A stretch of 32,000 nucleotides of DNA, taken from NCBI GenBank assembly GCA_964536865.1, contig CAZHYN010000016.1, positions 1-32,000 on the forward strand, given 5' to 3'. This DNA is from an uncultured Planctomycetia bacterium. Its GTDB lineage: Bacteria > Omnitrophota > Gorgyraeia > Duberdicusellales > 4484-171. A program made the translations under genes and the position numbers. Below are positions 15,103-24,644 of the stretch, piece after piece; the stretch's first letter is position 1; every line of letters starts with the position of its first letter. Below the pieces are notes generated by a model. That model was given only the letters and a program-made list of their open reading frames with translations. It did not search any database and was not told where the DNA came from.

Positions 15103-16395
15103 ATGTACGTTAAAAGGATGCTAAAAGTTGTTCTTTTTTTCATCCTAGTTTCTGTTGCAGGAAGCTGTATAAAAAGAGAAAAGATTCCTCACCTAGTTAT
15201 CTGGCATTGGATGGTTGATCGTCAGAGTGCTTTTCAAGCTCTGGCTGAAAAGTATGAGTCTGAAACAGGGGTAAAAGTAGATTTTAAATTGTTTTTCCCT
15301 CCAGATATTTACTCCCAGAAGGTGATTGCTGCTGCTCGTGCGGGAAATCTTCCTGATATATTTGGTATTCTGGGGGAGAAGAGAATGTTAGCTTCTTTTG
15401 TAAAAGCAGGACATATTTTAGACTTAACTCCTTCGATGAAAGAGGATAGTGATGCTTGGGGGAAAAGATTTTATCCCCAGACTTTAAGGATAGTTAGTTT
15501 CCCTCCTAATAATATCTATCAGGTTCCTTCAGGCATCTACGGTGTTCCCATCGATACTACTGTTTTGCAATTTCTCTATAACAAAAGCCTGTTTCGAGAA
15601 GCAGGATTAGACCCTCAATCTCCTCCCAAGAGTTTTGGTGATCTTATAAGTTATGCTCAGCAGACAAAGAGTAAATTAGGTATTGATGGATTTGTATGTG
15701 GATGGGCAGAATCATGGCTTCTTAATGCTTTGGCTACAGAATGGGCGATAAATTTAATGGGGGAGGAGAAGTTTTTAAAGACCCTGAAAGGAGACGTCTC
15801 TTATACAGATGAGGATTGGATAAAAGTTTTTTCTCTGTTTGCTAAGTTGAAAGAATCAGGAATTTTAGCTCCTAATATAACTACAATGACCAATAAAGAA
15901 GCAGAAGATGCTTTTGCTAAAAGTAAAGCTGTTTTCTCTTTTAATGGTAGTTGGGCAGTTAATGTGTATAGGCAGTTAAATCCTAAGTTGGAGTATGCCT
16001 TCTTCCCTCTTCCTCAAGTTTCCTCAAGTTTCCCTATTAAAGTGTGGGGAGGAGCAGGTTCCTCTTTTATGGTTAATGCTCATTCTCCTTATAAGGATAA
16101 AGCAGTTAAGTTCCTAAAGTGGCTTACCTTGCCAGAGCAGCAGAAGTTCCTAATCGAAGCAACCAATAACCTTCCTGCGATTAAGGGATGTGAGGATAGT
16201 TTACCTCCTTTGCTTAAGAGTCTAACTGAGAGCTTTGCTATTCTTACTCACCCTGATATTTGGCCTTACAATGAGGATTCTCGAGTTATCGAGGTAATGA
16301 ATAGAGGTCTTCAGCAGATCGTTATGGGGTTAAAGACTCCCCTTGAGGTGGCTAAGGAGATTCAGACTACAAAAGAGAGATTATCACAGAGATGA
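15103..16395 (+). CDS. ABC sugar transporter, extracellular solute-binding protein (family 1)
   Basis: Signal/lipoprotein-like N-terminus (VSVAGSC). General similarity to MalE/UgpB-type binding proteins. Followed by two permease genes. Confidence 0.85.
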   Translation: MYVKRMLKVVLFFILVSVAGSCIKREKIPHLVIWHWMVDRQSAFQALAEKYESETGVKVDFKLFFPPDIYSQKVIAAARAGNLPDIFGILGEKRMLASFVKAGHILDLTPSMKEDSDAWGKRFYPQTLRIVSFPPNNIYQVPSGIYGVPIDTTVLQFLYNKSLFREAGLDPQSPPKSFGDLISYAQQTKSKLGIDGFVCGWAESWLLNALATEWAINLMGEEKFLKTLKGDVSYTDEDWIKVFSLFAKLKESGILAPNITTMTNKEAEDAFAKSKAVFSFNGSWAVNVYRQLNPKLEYAFFPLPQVSSSFPIKVWGGAGSSFMVNAHSPYKDKAVKFLKWLTLPEQQKFLIEATNNLPAIKGCEDSLPPLLKSLTESFAILTHPDIWPYNEDSRVIEVMNRGLQQIVMGLKTPLEVAKEIQTTKERLSQR

Positions 16396-17288
16396 AAAGA
16401 TGGTCTTGGGATAGATTTCAGAATTTCTCTTTTATTTTCCCAGCTCTTGTTATATTTTCTATCTTTTATATTTACCCTTTTTTCTATACGTTTGTTCTTA
16501 GTTTTCAAGATTACGATTTTATCTCTACGCCAAAATTTATTGGTTTCAGCAATTTCCGTGAAGTTCTTACTGATAGAGAATGGTGGTCATCAATGTATAA
16601 TGGAGCTTTTATTACCTTGTGGGCTTTAACTTTTCAGAATATTTTAGCATTTATGCTTGCTTTAGGGGTAGATAGAGTCATAAGGATGAATAAATTTTAC
16701 CGAGTAGTATTTTTTATGTTACCTATTCTCTCAGAGATTATAATCGGCTTGCTTATGAAGCAACTTTTGAGTTCCGAACCTTTAGGTAGAGATATATTCA
16801 ACCGCTGGATAACCAATTTAGGTTTAGGATTTTTTGCTCAAGACTGGTTAGGATCTCAGCGGGTAAGATTAGTTACTGCTTTGGTGCACTGCTGGAAAGG
16901 ATTTGGCTGGGCATTTGTAATTTTCTTAGCGGGCCTTCAAAATGTTCCTCAACAGCTTTATGAAGCTGCCCGTATAGATGGAGCGAATGCCTGGCAGGTT
17001 TTTAGAAAAATTACTTTACCTTTACTTACTCCCGTAATTGCTCTGGTATTGGTTCTTACCATCTTGGGGACAATGCAAGCTTTTGCTATGATTCTTGCTT
17101 TAACTGGAGGAGCAGGAGGATTAACTGAAGTTCCTGTTATGAGAATTTATAATCATTTAAGGTTTAGGTTAGCAGGATTAGCTTGTGCCGAGGGGGTAAT
17201 TCTAGGTTTAATTTTAATAGTAGTTTCCTTCGGGATGTTTTTTATATCTAAGAAGATAAGAGAGAAATATGGGGTATTACCGAGCTAA
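16392..17288 (+). CDS. ABC sugar transporter permease (MalF/UgpA-like)
   Basis: EAA loop: LYEAARIDGANAWQVFRKITLPLL. Multiple TM segments. Confidence 0.88.
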   Translation: MKRWSWDRFQNFSFIFPALVIFSIFYIYPFFYTFVLSFQDYDFISTPKFIGFSNFREVLTDREWWSSMYNGAFITLWALTFQNILAFMLALGVDRVIRMNKFYRVVFFMLPILSEIIIGLLMKQLLSSEPLGRDIFNRWITNLGLGFFAQDWLGSQRVRLVTALVHCWKGFGWAFVIFLAGLQNVPQQLYEAARIDGANAWQVFRKITLPLLTPVIALVLVLTILGTMQAFAMILALTGGAGGLTEVPVMRIYNHLRFRLAGLACAEGVILGLILIVVSFGMFFISKKIREKYGVLPS

Positions 17289-18303
17289 GAAGATATTTAT
17301 TTTAGTGCTTATTCATACCTTTCTTATGAGTGTGGCATTAAGCTGTCTCCTTCCTTTCTTCTGGATGGTTAATGTTTCCTTTAAGAGTCAAGAAGAATTT
17401 GATAAGGGTTATGTGGCTAAAAAAGCATTTTCTCCTCAACAGCTGGAAGAATTACTTGCAGATAAGATAGTGAAGGAAGCTAAATTTAACCGTAAGTTTC
17501 TAATCTGGAATATTTCCACTGAAGATATGTTGATGGTGAAGTTGGCTCAGTCCAGAGTAGAAGATAGAGATAAAATCTTAAAAATATGGAGAAGAACTCG
17601 GGACTATGGATTAAAGCCCCCTCTAAGTTTAAACTTGAGTAACTATAAAGAGGTTATATTCAGAGAGAAGTTTTGGTGTTACTTCTTAAATAGTGTTTTT
17701 TACACTTTTGTTACTGTATGTTCTATCGTAATTATTTCTTCCCTTGCTGCTTATGCCTTTTCTCGTTTACACTTTCCCGGCAGAAACGTTATATTCTATA
17801 TGTTCCTGGCAGCAATGATGATTCCTCTTCCTGCAGGTTTTGTTCCTGTATACGTACTGTTGAATAAATTTCATCTAGTAAACAGGACAGGGTATGTTTT
17901 GGCAATGACCAACGTAGGTCTTTCTCTAAGTATCTATCTTTTAAAGACTTTTTTTGATCAGCTTCCTAAAGATTTAGAAGATGCTGCACGAATCGATGGA
18001 TGCAATAAACTCAGGATTTGGTGGAATGTTGGGTTACCTTTGGTAGCTCCCGCTTTAGGCGTAGTGATAATATTTAACGCTTTGAATGTATGGAATGAAT
18101 TTGTATTAGCTTCCCTTATGTTTACCGCTGAGGAGCTAATGCCTTTACAGGTAGGGTTGATGGAGTTTTCCAATCGCATGGTTACTCAACATACCTTAAT
18201 TGCTTCTGCTCTAACAGTAGCTGCCTTACCTATAATTCTTCTCTATTTAAGACTTCAGAGGCAGTTTATTAAAGGCCTTACTGCGGGAGCAATGGTAGGA
18301 TGA
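17269..18303 (+). CDS. ABC sugar transporter permease (MalG/UgpE-like) with an enlarged first extracytoplasmic loop
   Basis: EAA loop: LEDAARIDGCNKLRIWWNVGLPL. A hydrophilic segment of ~100 aa lies between TM1 and TM2. Confidence 0.88.
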   Translation: MGYYRAKKIFILVLIHTFLMSVALSCLLPFFWMVNVSFKSQEEFDKGYVAKKAFSPQQLEELLADKIVKEAKFNRKFLIWNISTEDMLMVKLAQSRVEDRDKILKIWRRTRDYGLKPPLSLNLSNYKEVIFREKFWCYFLNSVFYTFVTVCSIVIISSLAAYAFSRLHFPGRNVIFYMFLAAMMIPLPAGFVPVYVLLNKFHLVNRTGYVLAMTNVGLSLSIYLLKTFFDQLPKDLEDAARIDGCNKLRIWWNVGLPLVAPALGVVIIFNALNVWNEFVLASLMFTAEELMPLQVGLMEFSNRMVTQHTLIASALTVAALPIILLYLRLQRQFIKGLTAGAMVG

Positions 18304-20585
18304 GGTATAAATTGCGAAGTTTTCCACAATTAAAAGTTGTATTTCTTTCTTGTCTATTTTCTCTCTTTTCTTGCTATATTTATGGAAATGCTCAGGACTC
18401 TTCTCACTATGTAAACAAAGCTTGGGCTCAGTTGGGAAAAAGAAATTTTAAAGAAGTTTACAGTCTTGTTGAGGAATGTATTAAAAGGTATGCCTCTCAA
18501 GCAGATAGTTTAGCTCAAAAGTTGAGTAGTTTTCCTCCTCAAGGTAAAGAGAGTAGCTACCAGGTTATGAATGATGTAGCTACCTGTTACTTTATAAAAG
18601 GGGAAGCTTTAATGCGTGAGGGGAAAATAGAGGAAGCAAAGAAAGTTTTTAAAGAGGTTATAAAGAAGTATCCTTTTGCTTCTGCATGGGATCCTCGAGG
18701 GTGGTTTTGGTCTATTAAAGAAAAAGCGGAGATTACTTTGAGGAAATTAGAGAAGGGAATTATAGAAGAGGAAGAGGAAAAAAAGGTCATTATAACTAAA
18801 GTCAGTTTACATGACGGGGGAGAGGAATTTCCTGTTGATTACTCTCGATATGGGGAGTTCAAAAATTTAGGAACTTCTGAGTATACCTATGTTATTAAGG
18901 ATCCTATAGGGTTAGCTAAAGCAGTAGGAGAAGGAATATACCCCAATACTACCTCTGTAAAATTTGACCCTAATTTTGTGAAAGTGAGAAAAAAACTATC
19001 TAAGATTGACCATTGGAAGATTCTTAATTCCCGAAACCTCTCACTTGCTTTTTACAAATGGTGTATAGCTCCAGAACCTCAAGGAGTGAAGCAGTTTTAT
19101 ATTGGAGATATTTTAGAGAAAAGTGGGCTTATAAAACAGGCAATAAAGGCTTACTATGCAGTATTAGTTCATTTCCCTAAAACTATAGGATGGACTTATT
19201 GGAATACTCCTTGGTATGTAGGGAAGACTGCTCTGTACCGGATAAAGTTTCTTCTTAAAGAGTATCCAGAACTAAATTTGAAGTTAGAGGGTGCATATAT
19301 AAAAGTTAAAAATGGGACTAACAACAATGTAAGAGATGATATTTTCATTGTTAATCCTGGGAGACTGGTGCCAAAATCTCTAAAAGATAGGCTGATTTAT
19401 TTTAAGAAAAGGAAGTTAGGTAAGCCTATAAAGATCCAAGGCAAAGGAAAGGTAAAATTGGTAAGATATCAAAGTGGGGATTGGCAGCTATTAGTAGATG
19501 ATTTCCCTTTTATAGTAAAAGGGATGACTTATTCTCCTACTAAAGTAGGGGAGTCTCCTGATGAAGGAACACTATCTAATTGGATGTACCAGGATACCGA
19601 TAACGATGGGATAATTGATGCTCCTTATCAAGCATGGATAGATAAAAATAGGAATAATATTAAAGATGAAGACGAAGAGGTGGTAGGTGATTTTCGTCTT
19701 ATGAGAGAGATGGGAGTAAACTGCATAAGAATTTATCATCAGCCTTTTAAATTGAATAAGAAAATCTTAAGGGATTTATATTACAATTATGGAATCTACA
19801 CTGCGGTAGGAGATTTTTTGGGAAAATATGCTTTAGGAAGTGGAGCAAGCTGGGAAGAGGGTACCGACTATGATAATCCTCTTCATCAAGAGAATATGCT
19901 TAATAGTGTGAGAGAGATGGTAGAGGAGTTTAAGGATGAGCCATATATTCTGTTTTGGATTTTAGGTAATGAGAATGTTTACGGGATTGCCTGTAATGCT
20001 GATAAAAAGCCCATTAGTTTCTTTAGATTTGCTAATCAAGCAGCAAAACTGATTAAGTCCTTGGATCCTTTTCAAAGACCTGTGGCTATTGCTTCAGGAG
20101 ACATTCTTTATTTGCATATCTTCGCTAAGGAATGTCCAGATATCGATATCTTTGGTACCAACGCTTACCGTGGTAGGTACGGATTTTTAGATTTATGGGA
20201 AGAAGTAAAAACCCTTGCTGATAAGCCTGTAGTAGTAACTGAATACGGAGCTCCCTCTTATGGTAGTGGGTATACTCAGGAGGAAGCAGAGACTTATCAA
20301 GCGGGTTATCATAAGAATGCCTGGTTAGATATTTATGAAAATCGTGCAGGGTATGGTCAGGGGAACAGTTTAGGAGGATTCGTATTTGAGTGGGTTGATG
20401 AGTGGTGGAAGGCTTACGAACCTGGATATCACGATAGGAAAGGAGTATTTGCAGGTCCTTTCTTAGATGGATATATGCACGAAGAATGGTTAGGAGTATG
20501 TAGTCAAGGAGATGGTAAACATTCTCCTTTTTTAAGGCAATTAAAGAAGGTTTATTTTACTTATCAGAAGTTGTGGAAAAAGTAG
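18300..20585 (+). CDS. Secreted multidomain glycoside hydrolase (TPR-like N-terminus plus clan GH-A (beta/alpha)8 domain)
   Basis: Signal peptide. WILGNENVYG (acid/base NE), VVVTEYGAPSYG (nucleophile E), GGFVFEWVDEWWK and EEWLGV. Paralogous to 21827..23053. Confidence 0.7.
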   Translation: MRYKLRSFPQLKVVFLSCLFSLFSCYIYGNAQDSSHYVNKAWAQLGKRNFKEVYSLVEECIKRYASQADSLAQKLSSFPPQGKESSYQVMNDVATCYFIKGEALMREGKIEEAKKVFKEVIKKYPFASAWDPRGWFWSIKEKAEITLRKLEKGIIEEEEEKKVIITKVSLHDGGEEFPVDYSRYGEFKNLGTSEYTYVIKDPIGLAKAVGEGIYPNTTSVKFDPNFVKVRKKLSKIDHWKILNSRNLSLAFYKWCIAPEPQGVKQFYIGDILEKSGLIKQAIKAYYAVLVHFPKTIGWTYWNTPWYVGKTALYRIKFLLKEYPELNLKLEGAYIKVKNGTNNNVRDDIFIVNPGRLVPKSLKDRLIYFKKRKLGKPIKIQGKGKVKLVRYQSGDWQLLVDDFPFIVKGMTYSPTKVGESPDEGTLSNWMYQDTDNDGIIDAPYQAWIDKNRNNIKDEDEEVVGDFRLMREMGVNCIRIYHQPFKLNKKILRDLYYNYGIYTAVGDFLGKYALGSGASWEEGTDYDNPLHQENMLNSVREMVEEFKDEPYILFWILGNENVYGIACNADKKPISFFRFANQAAKLIKSLDPFQRPVAIASGDILYLHIFAKECPDIDIFGTNAYRGRYGFLDLWEEVKTLADKPVVVTEYGAPSYGSGYTQEEAETYQAGYHKNAWLDIYENRAGYGQGNSLGGFVFEWVDEWWKAYEPGYHDRKGVFAGPFLDGYMHEEWLGVCSQGDGKHSPFLRQLKKVYFTYQKLWKK

Positions 20586-20612
20586 AAAAAACAAAAGTTA
20601 GCTAAAATACTC

Positions 20613-20642
20613 TTGAAAACGCTTACAGAAAAAAGGTATAAT
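20613..20642 (+). promoter_or_regulatory. Candidate internal promoter (TTGAAA-18-TATAAT)
   Basis: ttgaaa at 20613-20618 and tataat at 20637-20642, upstream of 20665. Confidence 0.4.
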
Positions 20643-20664
20643 ATAAAAACTATCAAGGAGGTGA

Positions 20665-21837
20665 ATGATGAAAAGGATAGGTAAGATTGTGTTGACCATT
20701 TCTATCTTGTGGAGTCTAAGTTTCTTAGGGTATGCTCAGGAGAACATTTTCTATATTTATCAAGATAAAAATTCACCCTCTAATCACTTCATCCCTAGTG
20801 GATGGATGGGCGATTATGGAGATTTGAAGTTTAATGACCAATCTACCGAGGAGGTAGCTTCAGGTTCTACATCTATCAAGATAACTTATACTGCCAAAAA
20901 ATCACAAGGTCAGGGTTGGGCAGGAATTTATTGGCAGTCCTCCGCTAATAACTGGGGTTCTCGTCAAAGTGGGTATGACCTTACAGGGTTTAACAAGTTA
21001 GTATTTAAGGCTAAAGGCAAAGAAGGGGGAGAAGTAATTACTAAGGTAAAAGTAGGAGGAATTGTAAGAGATTCCCAAGGTAATCTTTTACCTTACCCTG
21101 ATACTGTAGATAAAGAATACGGACCTATAAGACTAACTGATCAATGGCAGGAGTTTTACATTAATCTAGCAGGAGAAGATCTTTCCTATGTAAATGGAGG
21201 ATTTTGTATTGTGTTTAATGCTGATCAGGCTCAAAAAGAACAGACTATTTATCTCGATGATATGTACTTTACTTATGATACTACGCTTAAGAAGGAAGAG
21301 GTAAAGACGGTTTTCCCTTTTTATGTTTATGCCGATAGTGGTTCTTTAGATAATCACTTTGTCCCCAGTGGATGGATGCCTGCCACTGCTGCTCAAGATC
21401 TGAAGATGTATATTAATTGGAAGGAAGCACCTTTGAGTGGAGATTCCTGTATCCGTATAGAGTATACTAATAAATCTGGCACACGCTGGGCAGGGATTTA
21501 CTGGCAAAATCCTCCTAATAATTGGGGGACTATCCCCAATGCCGGATTTGATTTAAGAGGAGCAACTAAGCTTACCTTTTGGGCAAAGGGAGAACGTGGA
21601 GGAGAGATAATTAATGAGTTTAAAGTAGGAGGTATATCTAGTGGAGATTATCCCGACTCTGACAGTGCTTCCCTGGGCCCTATTCAGCTTACTAAAGAGT
21701 GGAAAAAATATGAAATTGATCTAAGAGGTAAGGATCTCTCCTATGTAATAGGAGGATTCTGCTGGGCAACTAACATAGATGTGAATGATCCTAATGGGAT
21801 TGTCTTCTACCTTGATGAAATAAAATATGAGGAATAA
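20665..21837 (+). CDS. Secreted protein with two tandem carbohydrate-binding-module-like domains
   Basis: Signal peptide GYA|QE. Internal duplication: NHFIPSGWMGD...WAGIYWQSSANNWG...GYDLTGFNKLVFKAKGKEGGEVI..VKVGG vs NHFVPSGWMP...WAGIYWQNPPNNWG...GFDLRGATKLTFWAKGERGGEII..FKVGG. ATG 20668 is an alternative start. Confidence 0.7.
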   Translation: MMKRIGKIVLTISILWSLSFLGYAQENIFYIYQDKNSPSNHFIPSGWMGDYGDLKFNDQSTEEVASGSTSIKITYTAKKSQGQGWAGIYWQSSANNWGSRQSGYDLTGFNKLVFKAKGKEGGEVITKVKVGGIVRDSQGNLLPYPDTVDKEYGPIRLTDQWQEFYINLAGEDLSYVNGGFCIVFNADQAQKEQTIYLDDMYFTYDTTLKKEEVKTVFPFYVYADSGSLDNHFVPSGWMPATAAQDLKMYINWKEAPLSGDSCIRIEYTNKSGTRWAGIYWQNPPNNWGTIPNAGFDLRGATKLTFWAKGERGGEIINEFKVGGISSGDYPDSDSASLGPIQLTKEWKKYEIDLRGKDLSYVIGGFCWATNIDVNDPNGIVFYLDEIKYEE

Positions 21838-23053
21838 TGATATCTTCCTTAAGGCAGCTATAATTTTTAGCTGCCTTATTTTTTTTCCTCTAATTATCAG
21901 TGCTAAAGTTACTATCCAGAAGAATTCTCAAGGAGGATATCAACTCTACGTAGACAAAAGACCCTTCCTTATAAAAGGAGTAATTTACAATCCTACTCCT
22001 GTATGTGGTGGCTACGATTATGTTTTTTTGGCTGATACTAAGAAACCTTGGCTTGTGGATGGTAAATTGATGAAAGAGATGGGAGTAAATACCGTAAGGA
22101 TATACTTTTGTTGTGCTCAGTTAGATAAAGTTAAGGAGTTTATAAGGGATATGTATACTAATTTTGGTATCTATACTATCGTAAGTGACTGGTTAGGATT
22201 GTGGGATAAACCTTCTCCTAATTATGCTGACAGGGAATCTCGTGAAAGAATAAAAATGAATATTCTTAAGATAGTAAAGGCATTAAAAGACGAAGAAGGA
22301 CTTCTTATGTGGATTTTGGGTAACGAAAATAATTATACTTTCTCAGGAAAGATTGCTTTCTGGACTTCTCCTGAAATAGAAGAAATTCCTGATCTTTATA
22401 AGAGAGTATTAAAGCGAGCAGAGATTTACTATTCTTTTGTTGATGAGTTGGCTAAGGAAATTAAGAAGATAGATCCCAACCATCCTGTAGCTTTAGGTAA
22501 TGGAGAAGTGAGTACTTTAGATGTAGCCTCTCGGGTGTGTAAAAATATTGATGCCTTAGCTATTATTTCTTATCGAGGTAAGCGTTTTGGGAATCTTTTT
22601 GAGAATATAAGATATGTTTTTGATAAACCTGTTCTAATTTCCGAATTTGGTTGCGACTCTTATGATGCTTACCGTAATAAGGAAGCCGAAGATATCCAAG
22701 CTGAATATATACAACTTCAATGGAGCTCTATATTTAAAAACACAACTTTTTGTGGTGACGAACGAGGCAACTGTATAGGGGCAACCTTATTTGAATGGAG
22801 TGATGAATGGTGGAAGCATAACCAAGGGTATACTCCTGATTGGTGTGTGCATAATACTCAAGCAGGGTGGTCTAACGGTTCCTACTATTTTGATATAAGA
22901 GCAAAGGATAATTTAAATATGAATGAGGAGTGGTTTGGGATAGTAAAACTTCTTGAGGAGAAAGACGAGAAAGGATTAAATAAGCGAGTTCCTAAAAAAG
23001 CTTACTATATCCTTAAAGATATTTGGAATAAACCACTTCCTACCTCTTCTTAA
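21827..23053 (+). CDS. Secreted clan GH-A glycoside hydrolase (catalytic domain only)
   Basis: Signal peptide. MKEMGVNTVRIY, WILGNENNY, VLISEFGCDSYD, ATLFEWSDEWWK and NEEWFGIV. Confidence 0.7.
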   Translation: MRNNDIFLKAAIIFSCLIFFPLIISAKVTIQKNSQGGYQLYVDKRPFLIKGVIYNPTPVCGGYDYVFLADTKKPWLVDGKLMKEMGVNTVRIYFCCAQLDKVKEFIRDMYTNFGIYTIVSDWLGLWDKPSPNYADRESRERIKMNILKIVKALKDEEGLLMWILGNENNYTFSGKIAFWTSPEIEEIPDLYKRVLKRAEIYYSFVDELAKEIKKIDPNHPVALGNGEVSTLDVASRVCKNIDALAIISYRGKRFGNLFENIRYVFDKPVLISEFGCDSYDAYRNKEAEDIQAEYIQLQWSSIFKNTTFCGDERGNCIGATLFEWSDEWWKHNQGYTPDWCVHNTQAGWSNGSYYFDIRAKDNLNMNEEWFGIVKLLEEKDEKGLNKRVPKKAYYILKDIWNKPLPTSS

Positions 23054-23158
23054 TCCTCCTCCTTATTCCTAAGGTAAGTTTCTTCTTAAGGATAGTTTTT
23101 AGATGGAATTAAGAAAAAGGATAATTACATAGAGAATATACTTCTAAAGAGGTTTCTC

Positions 23159-23186
23159 TTGACAATTATCTCTCTCCAGTTATAAT
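23159..23186 (+). promoter_or_regulatory. Near-consensus promoter upstream of the Rrf2 gene (TTGACA-16-TATAAT)
   Basis: ttgaca at 23159-23164 and tataat at 23181-23186. AT-rich short inverted arms (tctat..ataga) follow immediately. Confidence 0.5.
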
Positions 23187-23222
23187 TCTATTAATTTTAT
23201 AGAATTTATAGATAGCAGAAGG

Positions 23223-23669
23223 ATGAAAGTATCTACAAAAGCTCGCTATGGGTTAAGGGCAATAATGGAGTTAGGGGCAAATTACTCTAAGAAGAGGCCC
23301 CTTCTCCTGAAAGAGATAGCAAAGAGACAGGAAATTTCTTTAAAGTATCTTGATCATATTTTTTCTCTTCTAAAGAAAATAGGGATAGTGAAAAGTGCTG
23401 GCAAAGGTAAAGGTTATATTCTTAGCAAAGCCCCTTCTCAGATAAAGGTTTGGGAGATAATAGAGGTATTGGAGGAGACTACTCTTTTGGATTGCTTAAC
23501 TACCCCTAACTTGTGTAAAAAAGCACAATTTTGTGCTGCAAGAAGTTTATGGCGTAACTTAGCTAATAGTTTAAGAAGGAGTTTAGAGAATATCTCCTTA
23601 GAAGATTTATTGAGAGAACAAGAGGATATTCTTAAAAGAGAAAATAAAAATGCAATGTACTACATCTAA
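23223..23669 (+). CDS. Rrf2-family transcriptional regulator with three-Cys cluster signature
   Basis: [18 protein letters not shown] is the Rrf2 wHTH N-terminus. [14 protein letters not shown] (Cx6Cx5C) resembles the Fe-S ligands of IscR/NsrR. Confidence 0.88.
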   Translation: MKVSTKARYGLRAIMELGANYSKKRPLLLKEIAKRQEISLKYLDHIFSLLKKIGIVKSAGKGKGYILSKAPSQIKVWEIIEVLEETTLLDCLTTPNLCKKAQFCAARSLWRNLANSLRRSLENISLEDLLREQEDILKRENKNAMYYI

Positions 23670-23686
23670 AATTTTGGGAGGCTGTG

Positions 23687-24610
23687 ATGGAGATAGCTAA
23701 TAGCGTGATTGAATTAGTAGGTAATACCCCTCTGGTAAGATTAAATAAGATAGGTAAGGATTTGGATGTAGATTTAATAGCTAAATTAGAATTTTTTAAC
23801 CCCCTTTCTAGTTTAAAAGATAGGATTGCTGTAGCTATGATTGAAGATGCAGAAAGAAAGGGAGTAATTAGAGAAGGGGCCACCATTATTGAACCTACTA
23901 GTGGTAATACTGGGATTGCCTTGGCTTTTGTATGTGCAGTAAAAGGCTACAGATTAATTATCACCATGCCAGAGTCAATGTCAGAAGAAAGAAAACGTTT
24001 ACTTAAAGCCTTAGGAGCGGAGGTGGTACTAACCAAGAATAGAGAAGGAATGAAGGGGGCAATAAAGAAAGCCGAAGAACTTCTCAAAGAAATTCCCGAC
24101 TCTTTTATGCCTCATCAGTTTAATAACTTGGCTAATCCCCATGCTCATTATAAGACTACGGGCGAGGAGATTTGGCAGGATACCCAAGGAAGGGTAGATA
24201 TAGTTGTTGCTGGTGTGGGTACTGGAGGAACTATCACAGGTGTTGCTCAACTGATAAAGAAAAGAAAGAAGGAATTTAAGGCGATAGCAGTGGAGCCTCA
24301 AGATAGTGCTATTCTCTCCGGGGGACATCCCGGGCTCCATAAAATTCAGGGAATTGGAGCAGGGTTCGTTCCTCAGGTTTTAAACTTAGATTTAATTGAC
24401 GAGGTAGTAGCTGTATCTGACGAAGAAGCTGCCCAGTTAACTAGGCGATTGGCTAAAGAGGAGGGGATTCTTGCGGGAATATCTAGTGGGGCAGCAGTAG
24501 CTGGTGCTTTAAGAGTTGCTCAAAGAGAAGAGAATAAAGGGAAGTTAATAGTAGTTATACTTCCTGACACAGGAGAAAGATATCTTTCTACTTGGGTTTT
24601 TAAAGATTAA
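23687..24610 (+). CDS. cysK: Cysteine synthase A (O-acetylserine sulfhydrylase)
   Basis: NPLSSLKDR (PLP lysine), [16 protein letters not shown]. The track ORF begins at GTG 23684. Confidence 0.92.
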   Translation: MEIANSVIELVGNTPLVRLNKIGKDLDVDLIAKLEFFNPLSSLKDRIAVAMIEDAERKGVIREGATIIEPTSGNTGIALAFVCAVKGYRLIITMPESMSEERKRLLKALGAEVVLTKNREGMKGAIKKAEELLKEIPDSFMPHQFNNLANPHAHYKTTGEEIWQDTQGRVDIVVAGVGTGGTITGVAQLIKKRKKEFKAIAVEPQDSAILSGGHPGLHKIQGIGAGFVPQVLNLDLIDEVVAVSDEEAAQLTRRLAKEEGILAGISSGAAVAGALRVAQREENKGKLIVVILPDTGERYLSTWVFKD

Positions 24611-24644
24611 ACAAACTTCTATATAAGCAAATAAAAAGTTAGGT

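Noticed and set aside
16447-16629. 60-aa + strand ORF inside the first permease gene
   Set aside because: It is an alternate frame of a gene with a clear EAA-loop permease reading. The sequence is hydrophobic low-complexity.
23060-23100. Intrinsic terminator after the second hydrolase gene
   Set aside because: It has only a 6-bp stem (tcctta/taagga) with a ~21-nt loop before the T-run, too weak to call. In general I could not find convincing intrinsic terminators in this window.
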